Origin: Octopus sinensis
Taxonomy: Eukaryota
DNA length: 64,000 nucleotides
Assembly: GCF_006345805.1 (NCBI RefSeq)
Contig: NC_043009.1
Span: forward strand, 53,134,001-53,198,000
Direction: 5' to 3'
In this document: piece by piece, positions 1-12,084 of the stretch
Layout of the letters: every line of letters begins with the position of its first letter
Numbering within the stretch: the stretch's first letter is position 1
Position numbers and translations under genes: made by a program
The notes under the pieces: model-generated
The model's database searches: none
Seen by the model: the letters and a program-made list of their open reading frames with translations, nothing else
Told to the model about the DNA's origin: nothing

Positions 1-72
1 AATGTGGGAGGAGTTAGGAATCTAAATCGAAGGGGACAGACACTCACACAACTAGAGTTTTATATATATAGA
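1..72 (-). mobile_element. 5' end of non-autonomous Helitron (runs off the window edge)
   Basis: Matches 28563-28630 (aatgtgggagNagttaggaatctaaatcg...gacagacac); on the minus strand it begins A^TCTATATATA, the canonical Helitron 5' TC end. Confidence 0.6.
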
Positions 73-289
73 TATGTAAAGTTAGACAACCATTACGCGT
101 GGTGGAAATGTGAATTGAAACAATAATTAAATAATACGTACAATGAAAATATATACAACAATAATAGGAACAGAAGATCTAACTTTTCGGGTTAAAAACT
201 TTACCAAGATGAAGTAAAAGTAATAAGTGATGCAGAAGAAATAGTAATACAAACGATTCCGAATTTATGACATCTGTTTACATTTGTTT

Positions 290-1053
290 TTTTCTTCTAC
301 TCTAGTCACAAGGCCCAAAATATTGGGGGAGGGCGCCAGTCGATAAGATCGACCCCAGTGCGTAGCTGGTACTTAATTTATCGGCCCCGAAAGGATGAAA
401 GGCAAAGTCGACCTCGACGGAATTTGAACTCAGAACGTAAAGACAGACGAAATACCTATTTCTTTACTACCCACGAGGCGCTAAACACAGAGAGGGCAAA
501 CAAGGAAGACAAACGGATTAAGTCGATTAGATCGACCCCAGTGCGTAACTGGTACTTATTTAATCGACCCCGAAAGGATGAAAGGCAAAGTCGACTCGGG
601 ACAATTTGAACTCAAAACGTAAAGACAGACGAAATACCTATTTCTTTACTGCCCACAAGGGGCTACACAGAGGGGACAAACAAAGACAGACAAACGGATT
701 AAGTCGATTATATCGACCCCAGTGCGTAACTGGTACTTATTTAATCAACCTCGAAAGGATGAAAGGCAAAATCGACCTCGGCGGAATTTAAACTCAGAAC
801 GTAGCGGCAGACGAAATACCTATTTCTTTATTACCCACAAGGGGCTAAAGACAGAGGGGACAAACAAGGACAGACATAGGTATTAGGTCGATTACATCGA
901 CCCCAGTACGTAACTGGTACTTAATTTATCGACCCCGAAAGGATGAAAGGCAAAGTCGACCTCGGCGGAATTTGAACTCAGAACGTTAACGACAGACGAA
1001 ATACGGCTACGCATTTCGCCCGGCGTGCTAACGTTTCTGCCAGCTCGCCGCCT
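290..1053 (-). mobile_element. Tetrameric (head-to-tail) tRNA-derived SINE, family B (Meta-domain-like)
   Basis: Four ~183-bp units (tcgaccccagt at 349, 532, 713, 897); tRNA-like head GGCGGCGAGCTGGCAGAAACGTTAGC...GTTCAAATTCC; central GCCTTTCATCCTTTCGGGGTCGATAAATTAAGTACCAG resembles the MetaSINE domain. Confidence 0.8.
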
Positions 1054-1315
1054 TTATCCGTTTATATTTCTTGGTGAAAGAGTTTTCAATGAACTAATCT
1101 CTAGGCATTACCTGATCAGGTATTTAATGATCTCAGGTGCATACATACTCAATATCGTGTCGTACTAATTAGCAATACGAAGCTGGTGGGAATAGGGTGG
1201 GAAAAAACAAAAAGTTAATTTAGTACCTTAGTGTCATAACTTTTTTACTGTTATGAATATTTTATAGGTGTCCTGGTTTGTTAGATAAGAATTTTTAAAT
1301 ATGGTACTTCAGATA

Positions 1316-1463
1316 TGCGCAGACATGTTCTTGCTGTAGGAAGTTCTGCTTCCTAAATACATAGTTTGGGGTTCAGTCCCGATGTGTTTTACTGTTATAA
1401 CCTTAGGCCGCTTAAAGACTTGTGAGTAGATTTTGGTCGACGGAAACTGAAAGGAGCCTGTCA
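1316..1463 (+). mobile_element. Degenerate 5' part of SINE family A
   Basis: gggttcagtccc...cttgtgagtagattttggtcgacggaaactgaaaggagcctgtc aligns to family A copies. Confidence 0.6.
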
Positions 1464-1849
1464 TCTAAAGGTTCAATATTTTAGGAAGGAAAGAATAGGC
1501 ATAATTGTAAGTGCGAGCCTGAGAATTTATCCTTAACAAGGACACAACAATGTAAAGAATGTACTTTGATCAGGAAAGATCCTCAGTGAATACCTAGCCG
1601 AATATTTCGACGACAGGGAGGCTCTAGCTGAGTGCGCTTATATGTAGGTCGTGTGAAGGTATTTAACTGCTAATTGAGACAAGCTTGGAGGATGCTCTTG
1701 ATGTCTTCCATAAGCGAAACGTTTCTATAGGAGATTCGCTTTCTAGATACAGATGAAGTCTTTGCTGATGTCTATGGTAACAATATTGCTATCAATGAAC
1801 TTCTTTTTGAAGTTTAGGCCTCATAAGAGCATAGGTCTCACGTTGACCA

Positions 1850-2200
1850 GTTCTTCGGAAGCTGTAGAGACGGTCATCGAGGTTACCTCATTTGTAATGG
1901 CTATCTTTATTACATTTGATATATTAGAAGCCAGAACAATAAGACAGTAGATGCCGGGATTGGAGGGGTTACCTTTCTTTAGAATGCGACATACTGCAGT
2001 GTTTCCTAACATTTGGATATGTCTCTGTAGAGGGTGAAGAATTAAAGAGCTTTGTGAGTATTGGAGAAATGTTTGTGTGAAATGGATAGGAAATTGTCAA
2101 TGGGGCGATGGCCTTGTTAGTTTGAAGCAACCAGAGGTGTTTTTACAGTTGACCTGAGTGCTGTGAGGTGGAGAGCCTGACGGGGCTGGAAGGGGTTAGA
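1850..2200 (-). pseudogene. Highly degraded LINE reverse transcriptase N-terminal fragment
   Basis: Frameshifted ISPILTKLFN...ILKKGNPSNPGIYCLIVLASNISNVI resembles the RT motif KKGxxxxPxNYRPISLxSxISKV. Confidence 0.45.
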
Positions 2201-2410
2201 CATGGAGAAGATTAACGAAGGGCGTTTAATGCAAAATTAGATGGGAAGCAAGCAGCTGATGTGGAAGCTTTCGGATCTTTGTGGGTATCGTTACTGTCTA
2301 CAATTGTGTTCCAATTGCTTTCAAATTTGGCATATGGTTTAAGTTTCGTATGCTAATTATGAAAACGAAATCCATTTCCCCTATAAATTCATAATTAAAA
2401 AGTTATTAAA

Positions 2411-2829
2411 GGCGCAGGAGTGGCTGCGTGGTAAGTAGCTTGCTTACGAACTACATGGTTCCGGGTTCAGTCCTACTGCGTGGCATCTTGGGCAAGTGTC
2501 TTCTACTATAGCCTCGGGCCAACCAAAGCCTTGTGAGTGGATTTGGCAGACGGAAACTGAAAGAAGCCCGTCTTATGTATGCATATATATATATATATAT
2601 GTATGTGTGTGTATGTGTTTGTGTGTCAGAGTTTGTCCCCCCCCCAACATCGCTTGACAACCGATGCTGGTATGTTTACGTCCCCGTAACTTAGCAGTTC
2701 GGCAAAAGAGACCGATAGAATTAGTACTAGGTTTATAAAGAATAAGTCCTGGGGGCGATTTGCTCGAATAAAGGCGGTGCTCCAGCATGCCTCAGTAAAT
2801 GACTAAAACAAGTAAAAGAGTAAAAGAGT
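2411..2829 (+). mobile_element. SINE family A, full length (tRNA head, CORE-like box, internal (TA)/(TG) microsatellite, LINE-derived tail)
   Basis: GGCGCAGGAGTGGCTGCGTGGTAAG A-box-like head; GGTTCAGTCC B-box-like; CTTGGGCAAGT CORE-like; (TAAAAGAG)n tail; many homologous copies in the window. Confidence 0.9.
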
Positions 2830-3666
2830 AACCTTAAAAATTTGCAAAGTTTGAGTATTTTAGCCAATCAGAAGCGAATATTTTGTACATCACCGTGAAG
2901 TTCTGTTAGCATAGAAGCACCACGTGTTCCATAGGTGATTGAGATAAACTCTGTTTTCATAGTAATTAAAGATACTGCGAGTGTGTACAAGAAGTGTAAA
3001 TAAGGACTGCATACGACACTTAGTTCTTCCAGGAACCACTATCTCAGTGACTTGTGGCGTGCTTATAATCATATCCCAGAAATCGTGGGCTATGATTTCA
3101 AACATAAAATTGTGAGTCATAACATTGAATTTATAAACTCACACTCAACAAAATGAGAGTACCCGAGAATCTTTAAAATGTCGAAACAAACGCCGGTGTG
3201 AGACATACCGTTCCATGGTTGACTCATCTTTGTGAATATATGTGGAGAAGGAGATCTGAGAAACAATTTATTTTATAAAATCCTAGAGTATATTGCAAAC
3301 TTTCGTTCTTCAATTTTTTAAACCGATAAATGTTTATTTTAAGCAATGTTTTTTGCCTGTTATTTCTAGCAATTCCTGTTGGTTTGTTCGTAGCTTTTAA
3401 ATAGTTTATATGCTCGCAAAAACTTTTAATGTTCTTCAATTTACTGTAACTAGATATAAATGATTTGACACGCTGGTGCCCCCTCCCCCTCCCCCCCACC
3501 GCATTCTCGTTACTGTGACAGATGATGGAAGAAGCAACGAGCGCACTATTTTCTGATTGGCTGAAAACTACGAAAGTTTGAACACCTGTAACATTTTTGC
3601 AAACGTTTACGTTTCCTTGAAGAAATGAATAACAAATTCGGATTCGGCGTCAAAAATTACATCTAT

Positions 3667-3884
3667 CTCTTTTTACTCTTTTTTACTTGTTTCAGTCATT
3701 TGACTGCGGCCATGCTGGAGCACCGCCTTTAGTCGAGCAAATCGACCCCGGGACTTATTCTTTGTAAGCCCAGTACTTATTCTATCGGTCTCTTTTGCCG
3801 AACCGCTAAGTGACGGGGACTTAAACACACCAGCATCGGTTGTCAAGCAATGCTAGAGGGAACAAACACAGACACAAACATATT

Positions 3885-3922
<38 letters not shown>

Positions 3923-4087
3923 TACGACAGGCTTCTTTCAGTTTCCATCTACCAAATCCACTCACAAGGCATTGGTCGGCCCGGGGCTATAGCAGAAGAC
4001 ACTTGCCCAAGATGCCACGCAGTGGGACTGAACCCGGAACCATGTGGTTGGTTAGCAAGCTACTTACCAAACAGCCACTCCTGCGCC
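3667..4087 (-). mobile_element. SINE family A, full length, young subfamily
   Basis: Full reverse-complement copy; possible ctatct target duplication; nearly identical to 27552-27970. Confidence 0.92.
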
Positions 4088-4899
4088 TATCTGATACATT
4101 AAAAGCATTTTCAAAGATTTCAACATGCAGTAACAATAACCACAAAGATCTAAGCTTTCTCTATGACGATACAGATCACAAAGTCATCATTGTTGAGAAA
4201 ACGAGAAGAAAACTGCGTAAAGCTGGAGATAGTTTTGGTAAAATATCAGAATGATCGTCTATTTGGAAGGCCACTACTGCATAAGCTCCACCCAGTTTCG
4301 TATATGTAAATGAGACACGCACAAGCCGGTTCTCAAGTGCTATTAATAAGAAACAAACAAGAACTTTCTTCCTCTGATACGTTAGACAGTCTATAAATTC
4401 TCTATAGGAGAACTGTAGGTGATGTATTCTAAAACTCCTCCCCACTATGAAGGGTAAGTAGTACAGACAAGATAAGAGAAATATAAGTAGTACAACGCAG
4501 ATACATACATACATACATACATACATACATACATACATACATACATACATACATTCTACGTGATTAGTATGTATGTACTAATTGAAACATTGAACTAGTC
4601 ACAGTAAGCACATACGTAATCACACATACTGCGTAAGCATACATACATCGACACAAATAGTAAATTACTCGATGGTGGAATATACAATGAAACGGTAGGA
4701 GTTCGTATGCAACATACACACACACATTTACACACCAGCTGTTTAACAAAAACACATACAAAAACACGTTTGCATTTACATGTGTGAGTGTGTATACTCG
4801 TAACTTGAACCGTTGGATCACGTACGTGAACTGGTGCAGAACTATGAACACTTGCCAATCACTTATTTCTACAAGAGCCAGCGTAATGCTGCTGTCAGT

Positions 4900-4907
4900 T
4901 GTAGTAA

Positions 4908-4948
<41 letters not shown>

Positions 4949-5069
4949 TTCCGTTTTGTTGATTTTGGAATGATATTGGCCATGCCGCTGTTTGTGAAAC
5001 GTGCATTCCACGATAACCACTCACATCACTTACCTTTCCACCTCCACCACCACCACCATCACCACCACC

Positions 5070-5128
<59 letters not shown>

Positions 5129-5140
5129 CACTACTACTAC
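4900..5140. repeat. (GTA)n, (CAC)n and (TAC)n triplet microsatellites
   Basis: Direct inspection. Confidence 0.9.
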
Positions 5141-5655
5141 TTGAAGTATACCAATAGCTCGAAAAAGAAGGCAGCGAACTTAGGCTTTTATTTGCTTACA
5201 ACTCTAGTAGCTCTCGAAAATAATATGCACAGTTTTTATTTATAATTAGTAAGATACAAGTATACACTATTAATATCCAGCTAAAGTTCACATACTCAAA
5301 CAAAAGAAGAGTCTACATATTTAAATAAATGAACCAATATATTCACCTGTTTAATTCACTCATTTTTACTTTCCATTTAATATTCTAATAAAATCGTGAA
5401 GTATATTTGCCACCTAAATGTGGCTGACACATATGGGACGATACTACTGTAGTTTATAGCCCCAAGAAGGCATCTCCTAAGACATTGTGGCTAACGACAC
5501 ACTGTCTGTGCCCGATCGGTATTTGCGAAGGGAAATCGTCATTCCCATCTCTAGCCTTACGTCATGCACACGGACCCAGGTTTCTGAGTAGTAACCAGGG
5601 TTGTCGCAAAGCCCCTGCAACCCCTGCGGTCGCAGGGGGCCTCCACGGTTGAGGG

Positions 5656-5656
<1 letters not shown>

Positions 5657-5715
<59 letters not shown>

Positions 5716-5754
5716 ACACACACACACTCACACACAGAGAAGTTTGTATGTGTG

Positions 5755-5853
<99 letters not shown>

Positions 5854-5884
5854 ACACACTCACACACAGAGAAGTTTGTATATC

Positions 5885-5915
<31 letters not shown>

Positions 5916-5943
5916 CTACATACATACACACACACACACATAG

Positions 5944-5985
<42 letters not shown>
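5657..5985. repeat. Compound (CA)n/(TATC)n microsatellite, internally duplicated around agagaagtttgta
   Basis: Anchor agagaagtttgta occurs at ~5736 and ~5868. Confidence 0.85.
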
Positions 5986-6253
5986 GAATACAGATATTCT
6001 TTGCTCACTGTCGCCTACCAAGCATCTCAATTCTTCAGTTGTAACTAGTTTGTGATCGAGATTTCTTATTTTGCAAAGTACTATGGTTTCCTCGAATTTC
6101 TGATTTCAGAGAAAGGTAAGAAATTCTTCATATTTTACATATTTGGTATTTTTACTTTATAGTTAGAATTGTAGAATTGTCTATCCAATCGAAATATTGC
6201 AACAGCTAACAGTAAAATATAGAATTTAGAAAAAGGCTTTTTCGACTGTTCTT

Positions 6254-6650
6254 TTATTACCTAAGCGAAGGTGGATGTATTGTTTTCAGTCGTGTTTGTT
6301 TGACCGTGGACAAGATATCTGAAGAACCGCTGGTTGGATTCAGATGAAACTTCCAGGAGATGTTTGGCCTCGTAACTGGCACGAACTGATTGGATTTTGA
6401 GATCGATCCGGTGCCGGACAAATTTCTGGATTATTTTTCCGTTTTTTTTTTTTACTTAATTTTTGAGAGCGGTCGGGTTCAGTTTTAGTATTCTCGTTTG
6501 TTAGAGCAGTCGAATTTATTTTAGATTCTCTTTCTTTTCTATTTTTTTTTTTTTTTTGATATTCTCTTTTTTAAAATAATCTCCGGCTAATCGCTGAGAG
6601 GACGTTGGTGTTGACTTGGCGGAGGTTTGCGCTCTCTGACTGCCCTTGTT
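6254..6650 (+). mobile_element. Helentron-associated non-autonomous element (HINE/DINE-like)
   Basis: Starts TTATTACC; subterminal inverted repeat ACCTAAGCGAAG / CTTGGCGGAGGT (6615-6626); 3' hairpin GCGCTCTCTGACTGC; ends in a T-rich target. Confidence 0.6.
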
Positions 6651-6654
6651 ATTT

Positions 6655-6939
6655 TATTCTTTTACTTGTTTCAGCCATTTGACTGCGGCCATGCTGGAGC
6701 ACCGCCTTTAGTCGAGCAAATCAAACCCAGGACTTATTCTTTGTAAGCCTAGTACTTATTCCATCGGTCTCTTGTGCTGAACCACTAAGTTACGGGGACA
6801 TAAACACAAAAATATTAGTTGTCAAGCGATGTTGAGGGTGGAGTGGACAAACACAGACACAAACACACACACACACACATACACACACATATATATATAT
6901 ATATATACAGACACACCTATATATAAGTATATACGACGG
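6655..6939 (-). mobile_element. SINE family A, 3' half
   Basis: tttacttgtttcagccatttgactgcggccatgctggagcaccgcc... through the internal microsatellite. Confidence 0.85.
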
Positions 6940-7699
6940 AAATAACCACTCTTTATCTATTCTATAAATCCTTCTCCCTTATACCTTCATTTGGTCCAGT
7001 AAATTTATTCATAGACATAATTCATATACTAGTCGATTATTTTGTTGGATGAAACACACAATAGGTTCCTAGAAATTGAATTCCCTTTAGTATAAAAAAT
7101 ATTACTTAGAAGCGTATGTCAATAATAAATAAGATATGAACATTTTTCAACATGCAAAGCATTTATCACATAAACCTAGTGTCTCAAAGAAAACAAAATT
7201 ATTTTTCAGTTATTCGAACACTAAAATTCTATAAGAACTGTTAATATAGATTTAAGAACTACAATTATTAAATTTGATACTCTTACCGGCAAATATGCAC
7301 CCACAAAGAATTCTATTCATGTTTGAAGTTCGGTGAAAGCGTCAAGAACGTTTAACTTGCAAGTGATGTGTTCAGTTTTACAGATAAACAGAAACTAAAT
7401 AGAAACAAATTCGTAACACTGTGCTGCTTTGATGAAATATGATTGGCTATCTGGCAGTTAGCTTATCACAATAATAGAAATAAGCACAATTGTAACTGTA
7501 CAAACGCATGTGATTCGTATTGCGTTTTCCTTTTTGACTTCTTGATGAAAAGCAGATATGCTTTAATCAGCAGGGGTATACTCCGTTTACATAATACAAA
7601 ATATGTATGTAGGCGGTAATAACTAGTAGCAATCGTTTAAATTTGTTCAACATTGTTCTATGGTATGCTACTTAAGAAACTGATGCTTATCATCCGAAT

Positions 7700-7835
7700 G
7701 GATGATAGTTCTCAACTGGTACTAATTTTATTAATTCCGAAAGGCAAAGTCGACCTCGTGATCTCAGAAGGTAAAAGCAGACAAAATGCCGCTAAGCGTT
7801 TTACCTGGCGTGTTAACAAATCTGCCAGCTCACTT
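7700..7835 (-). mobile_element. Degenerate SINE family B
   Basis: ctggtactaattttatt...gaaaggcaaagtcgacctcg...tctgccagctcac. Confidence 0.65.
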
Positions 7836-8469
7836 TATTAAGTAAACGTATATATTAACAAACAAATACATTTGTCCATAGTAGTATTTAGAGTTGTTTT
7901 GCTCAGTTTATAATAAAACTAAGAAATGAAAGAAATTAAACTCGGTGAAGTACGATAAGAAGAATCTATAAATATTCTGTCATAATTTCCAAGAGTTTTA
8001 TTAATTAACAGAACATTTAGGAATCCATTTTAGGAGTGTCTCGCACTGCATACTTTAAAACAAAGACAATTTTTTTAACAATTAATCTGTATTTCAGTAC
8101 TAGCACATTCTTTTAAATAGTAGAATTATTACTTGTATGTGTGTGTGCTTGTGCGCGCATATGCACGCGTGTGTATGTCTTGACAATTTCGAACTTTTGC
8201 TTACAGGTTTGCATAAACTTGATTTTGCACTACGATCGTATTTAAAAGAGAGAAACTAGGTATGAAACATGTAGCTATGATTTCGTACGTGTGACATATT
8301 CGAATTGAATTAGTAGATGTTTTATATTGCTACAATTTACATCACTGAAAAATAACATTGAGGAACAGATTTTATTGAATGGTATCTGACACTTGATTGT
8401 AAGTAATTTGGGTGGGCTAAATGCGAATTTTAAGTCAGTTTGACTCTATCCTGCCATGAGTTTTTGTTA

Positions 8470-8500
<31 letters not shown>

Positions 8501-8656
8501 CACATATATATATATATGGCGGGCTTCTTTCAGTTTCCGTATACCAAAACCACTCACAAGGCTTTGGTCGGCCCGAGGCTAGAGTAGAAGAGACTTGCCC
8601 AAGATGCCATGGAGTGGGCCTGAACCGAGAACCATGTCATTGGTAAGCAAGCTACT
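8470..8656 (-). mobile_element. SINE family A, 5' half
   Basis: gggcttctttcagtttccg...ccactcacaaggctttggtcggcccgaggct...cttgcccaag. Confidence 0.8.
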
Positions 8657-9323
8657 CTTTATCTTAGTAAAATATTAACCACATTATTTATATATGATCA
8701 ATTGATACCTTATGATTTATTGAATACGCCGCACACACACACATACACATACAAACATATACATACATACATACACGTATATATATTCATAATAATATCC
8801 CTATATATATACACATACATACAGATACATGCATATGTCCATACATGTTCACACACACATACACACATTAACACACTTGCATAGACGCATATTTACACAC
8901 AGTCATGCATGCATAGTTGTGTATACATCTATACATACAAGTGTGCTCGTACGCACACACGCATTTTCATACTCACACACACACATACAGATACATGTAT
9001 CCCATGTATCCAAGCATATAAATGTATGGGGAGTAAGGATTAATATATATTTTTTTAATTTATGTATTCAGAAATTGGTTGAAATGTTCATTCATACATA
9101 GTCATATACATACATCCACACTCAGACACACATAAACACACGCATACACACATCCATACATACACAGTTATTACATATTGGACATATATACAAATATGCA
9201 CACGCAAAAAATAAAAAATAACAACAAAAGCATAAAATACAGACATTAAAAATATAAATATTAAAATCTAGGTATCAATTATCCCTATATATTAATGAGG
9301 TTTAGTAGTATTATCATAATAAA

Positions 9324-9752
9324 CTATCCTTTATAGAATAAATATGTTTTCCTAAATTTATGGGTACAATTCATATTAAAATTAGAGTTCAAATTCAACA
9401 ATTTAAGTCTAAATGCAAGCATCAAAAATAGTTCATCTAGACATAAATTGCACCTATTGCTACCAAAGGAGTAAGGTTTTGTATATCCAATTATCGACCA
9501 TTTAATTTCATAATCAATGTTCTTTTCCTTCAGTTCCCACATATATTTACTAAGTTAGTAAATACGAAAATCTAAGCAATGATTATTATATCGTGATTTA
9601 AATTTATTAGAAGGACATCCAATGTAATAAAGTGTTTCACCTTTAGTTCTTACCTCAGATCTATATACTAAATAATTTTCTACACGCAACTCATTTACCG
9701 ACATTTATTTATATCTCTACCATTACAATTAATTATTGGATTATTATTATTA

Positions 9753-9838
<86 letters not shown>

Positions 9839-10171
9839 TAGTTTTATTTTTATAGCGTGTTTTCACTTCACTACCGAGCGCAGCTCTGTGTGCCTTGGGT
9901 ATGTGCTGTGATTTGTTGTGATGCTCTGATGGTTATTGTATGGAAAGTGTTCTGCGTAGGATGTGTGCAGTGCCTAGTAGTGCAATTTTCTGTATGTTAT
10001 ATGTGTTTGTAAGTCCTGGTGTTTTTGTTATGTATTTGTCTGAATATTTTTTATCATGCCTAATGCACCTACTATGATAGGAATTGTTTCTGTTTTCAGA
10101 TTCCACATTCTAGTTACCTCTATTTCCAGATCTTTGTATTTTGAGAGTTTCTCCATTTCTTTTAGAGACAC

Positions 10172-10226
<55 letters not shown>

Positions 10227-10745
10227 CATCATTATTATTTTTATTATTACTACAACCATTATCACCATTATTTCTACTCCTATTATCAGGATCATTAACA
10301 TACTTTCATTATCCTTATTATCATTATCATAAGTATTGTTAATAATATTATTATGACTATCATTATTATTATTAATATTATCATTACTATAAGATCGGTA
10401 AGCACTATTGTCAGGTAAATTATATAAGGTATTACTGTTATTATTGATGTTAATATTACTATTCATATTGTTGTTAAGAACATCATTATGTTGAGGTCCA
10501 ATACCATATCTGTTTGTTGTGAAACGATCACTACTAGTAGAGATATTACCATGTGCAGCAATAGTCTGTGCTAAATTTCTACATGTAGAAAAAGCGATTC
10601 TAATTATTATTTTGTTAAATATACTATGATATTTATGGTTATAACCAAAATGTTTGTTAACCAAGCTATAAACTTTTCTTGTTAAGTTGGAGTCAACGTT
10701 ATAGGTATAGCATGGGTTAAACCATAAAATATTATTACTATTATT
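9324..10745 (-). pseudogene. Penelope-like element 3' coding remnant (linker + GIY-YIG endonuclease), interrupted by a Dong-like insertion
   Basis: ILWFNP..NV..N....F..LVNKHF...HKYHSIFN (10540-10740); LVYRSEV...YYIG...FKSRYNNH (9590-9670); MWELKEKNIDYEIKWSI...RCNLCL...CTHK (9324-9542). Confidence 0.75.
9836..10172 (-). mobile_element. 5'-truncated Dong/R4-like non-LTR retrotransposon (restriction-like endonuclease C-terminus + 3' UTR)
   Basis: EKLSKYKDLEIEVTRMWNLKTETIPIIVGALG...IQKIALLGTAHILRRTL* is typical of RLE-clade C-termini; (TAA)n on both flanks. Confidence 0.8.
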
Positions 10746-10977
10746 TTTTAACTTATTATAATTTAATATTTTCTTTCTTATATGTTGGCTGTTGCTAGAA
10801 TAACTTTGTTCATATCATTTATATTTTCATTTCCATTCATATTTCTGTTTTTATTTTCTGTATATATATGTGTATGTGTATATACGTTTGTATATGTATA
10901 TGCTAGTATATCTATGTGTGTATATGTATGTATATGAATGTATATATGTATATGTAAGTATATATTTATGAGATTTT

Positions 10978-11065
10978 TTTTGCTCAAGAACACAACACGT
11001 CACCCGGTCCAGGAATGGAAACCTGAATCTCATGATTCCAACACCCTAACTACTAAGCCACATCC
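10978..11065 (-). mobile_element. Degenerate tRNA-derived SINE head (third family; related remnant ~11620-11785)
   Basis: Minus strand gtggcttagtagttagggtg...ggtttccattcctggaccggg...gtgttgtgttcttgagcaa. Confidence 0.5.
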
Positions 11066-11144
11066 CCCACTTTGTCGAGTATAGTACAATTAAAATCGTA
11101 ATATTAATTTGAAGCAAAAATTGCCTAATTAAATTTATACTTAA

Positions 11145-11258
11145 TCCTTTGAGCCTCTAACACCGGTTTACCAGTGAATGGCTTATTTTTTCTATACCCT
11201 AGCACCACTCTACCGGTGGAATGCATCAGGAAGATTCAGGAGGTCAGGCCCCTAAGGG
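11145..11258. mobile_element. Possible piggyBac-type MITE
   Basis: TTAA at 11141-11144 and 11259-11262 flanking imperfect TIRs (tcctttgagcct / aggcccctaaggg). Confidence 0.4.
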
Positions 11259-11831
11259 TTAAGGGTCGGAAGAAGCTAAGGTTGGTTTGAATAATTTAAA
11301 TACAGCGAGATTCTAACATAATTATTTGCATGTTTAATCGTTATTTACATCAAATCAAATACAAGTTTATGCGAGATGAGATGTAAAGAGATACCGAAAG
11401 GAGTTATTTGAAGAGGGAGCAACGGTTAAGTACTAGCAAAAATCTCATCTTCATATCTATATCAAACATTTAGCTTAAGTCATTAAATAATCAGCTGCCT
11501 CTCGCAAACGAGTATGGCTGGATAACAAGTGACATTCTCCACTATTTGTTTTAGGTAACTATATAGTCGTGAGCTGACATAGATAACCATTCGCTATCTC
11601 TCAGTTAGATAGAATGTGACAGCTGGAGGGAAAGAGAATTGCATTCGCTCCAGGCTGGTAATCATTTACGTATGAATAGACTGGTACATCGAGAAGTGAA
11701 GGGCCTTGCTTAAAGAAACAACACGCTGCTCGGTCCAGACATTTTGATTGTGAATCAGATATCCTAAACCCTGTGCAACACGCTAAATAACCCTAGGTGT
11801 CAAATAGACAATATACTCCACTGACAATATA

Positions 11832-12084
11832 CTGTTGTGTCGACGCCCCCAGACGATGAAGTAGGCTAGCCCAATACGTAGATATATAGAGAGAAGTCTA
11901 GACGCCGAGGAGTTGAGTAGAGGTCATCCGAACGTGCTATATAACAGTGGCGATGAGGATGAGATCCACTGTTATATCGCACGTTCAGATGACCTCTTCT
12001 CAACTCCTCGACATCTAGACTTCTCCCTCTATATCTACGTATTGGGCTAGCCTACTTCATCGTCTGATGGCGTCGACACAACAG
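11832..12084. repeat. 119-bp inverted repeat with a 15-bp loop; the arm resembles a short LTR (TGT...ACA) followed by a PBS-like sequence
   Basis: Arms 11832-11950 and 11966-12084, about 9 mismatches by eye; ...TATAACA GTGGCGATGAGGAT. Confidence 0.85.

Noticed and set aside
290-1053. CRISPR-like periodic repeats
   Set aside because: The spacers are homologous to one another, units are ~183 bp, the context is a eukaryotic SINE and no cas genes are present
960-1053. tRNA gene (also the heads at 2411, 27552 etc.)
   Set aside because: A/B-box-like motifs run into SINE bodies; no complete cloverleaf is visible
1555-1600. Minus-strand CTGAGGA-tctttcctga-tcAAAGTAC
   Set aside because: Lacks an intact GAAA and a UH/stem III; too degenerate to call
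2840-3660. Possible DNA transposon with inverted CCAAT-containing subterminal repeats (agccaatcagaa / ttctgattggct)
   Set aside because: The match is short and the termini are obscured by SINE insertions; ends cannot be defined
3850-4254. Recurrent peptide RASFSFRLPNPLTR...SGTEPGTMW in several ORFs
   Set aside because: Antisense read-through of SINE family A, not a gene family
6318-6360. CTGAAGA...GAAA hammerhead-like spacing
   Set aside because: No closing stem II, no stem III/UH/stem I pairing; lies in the internal region of the Helentron-type element
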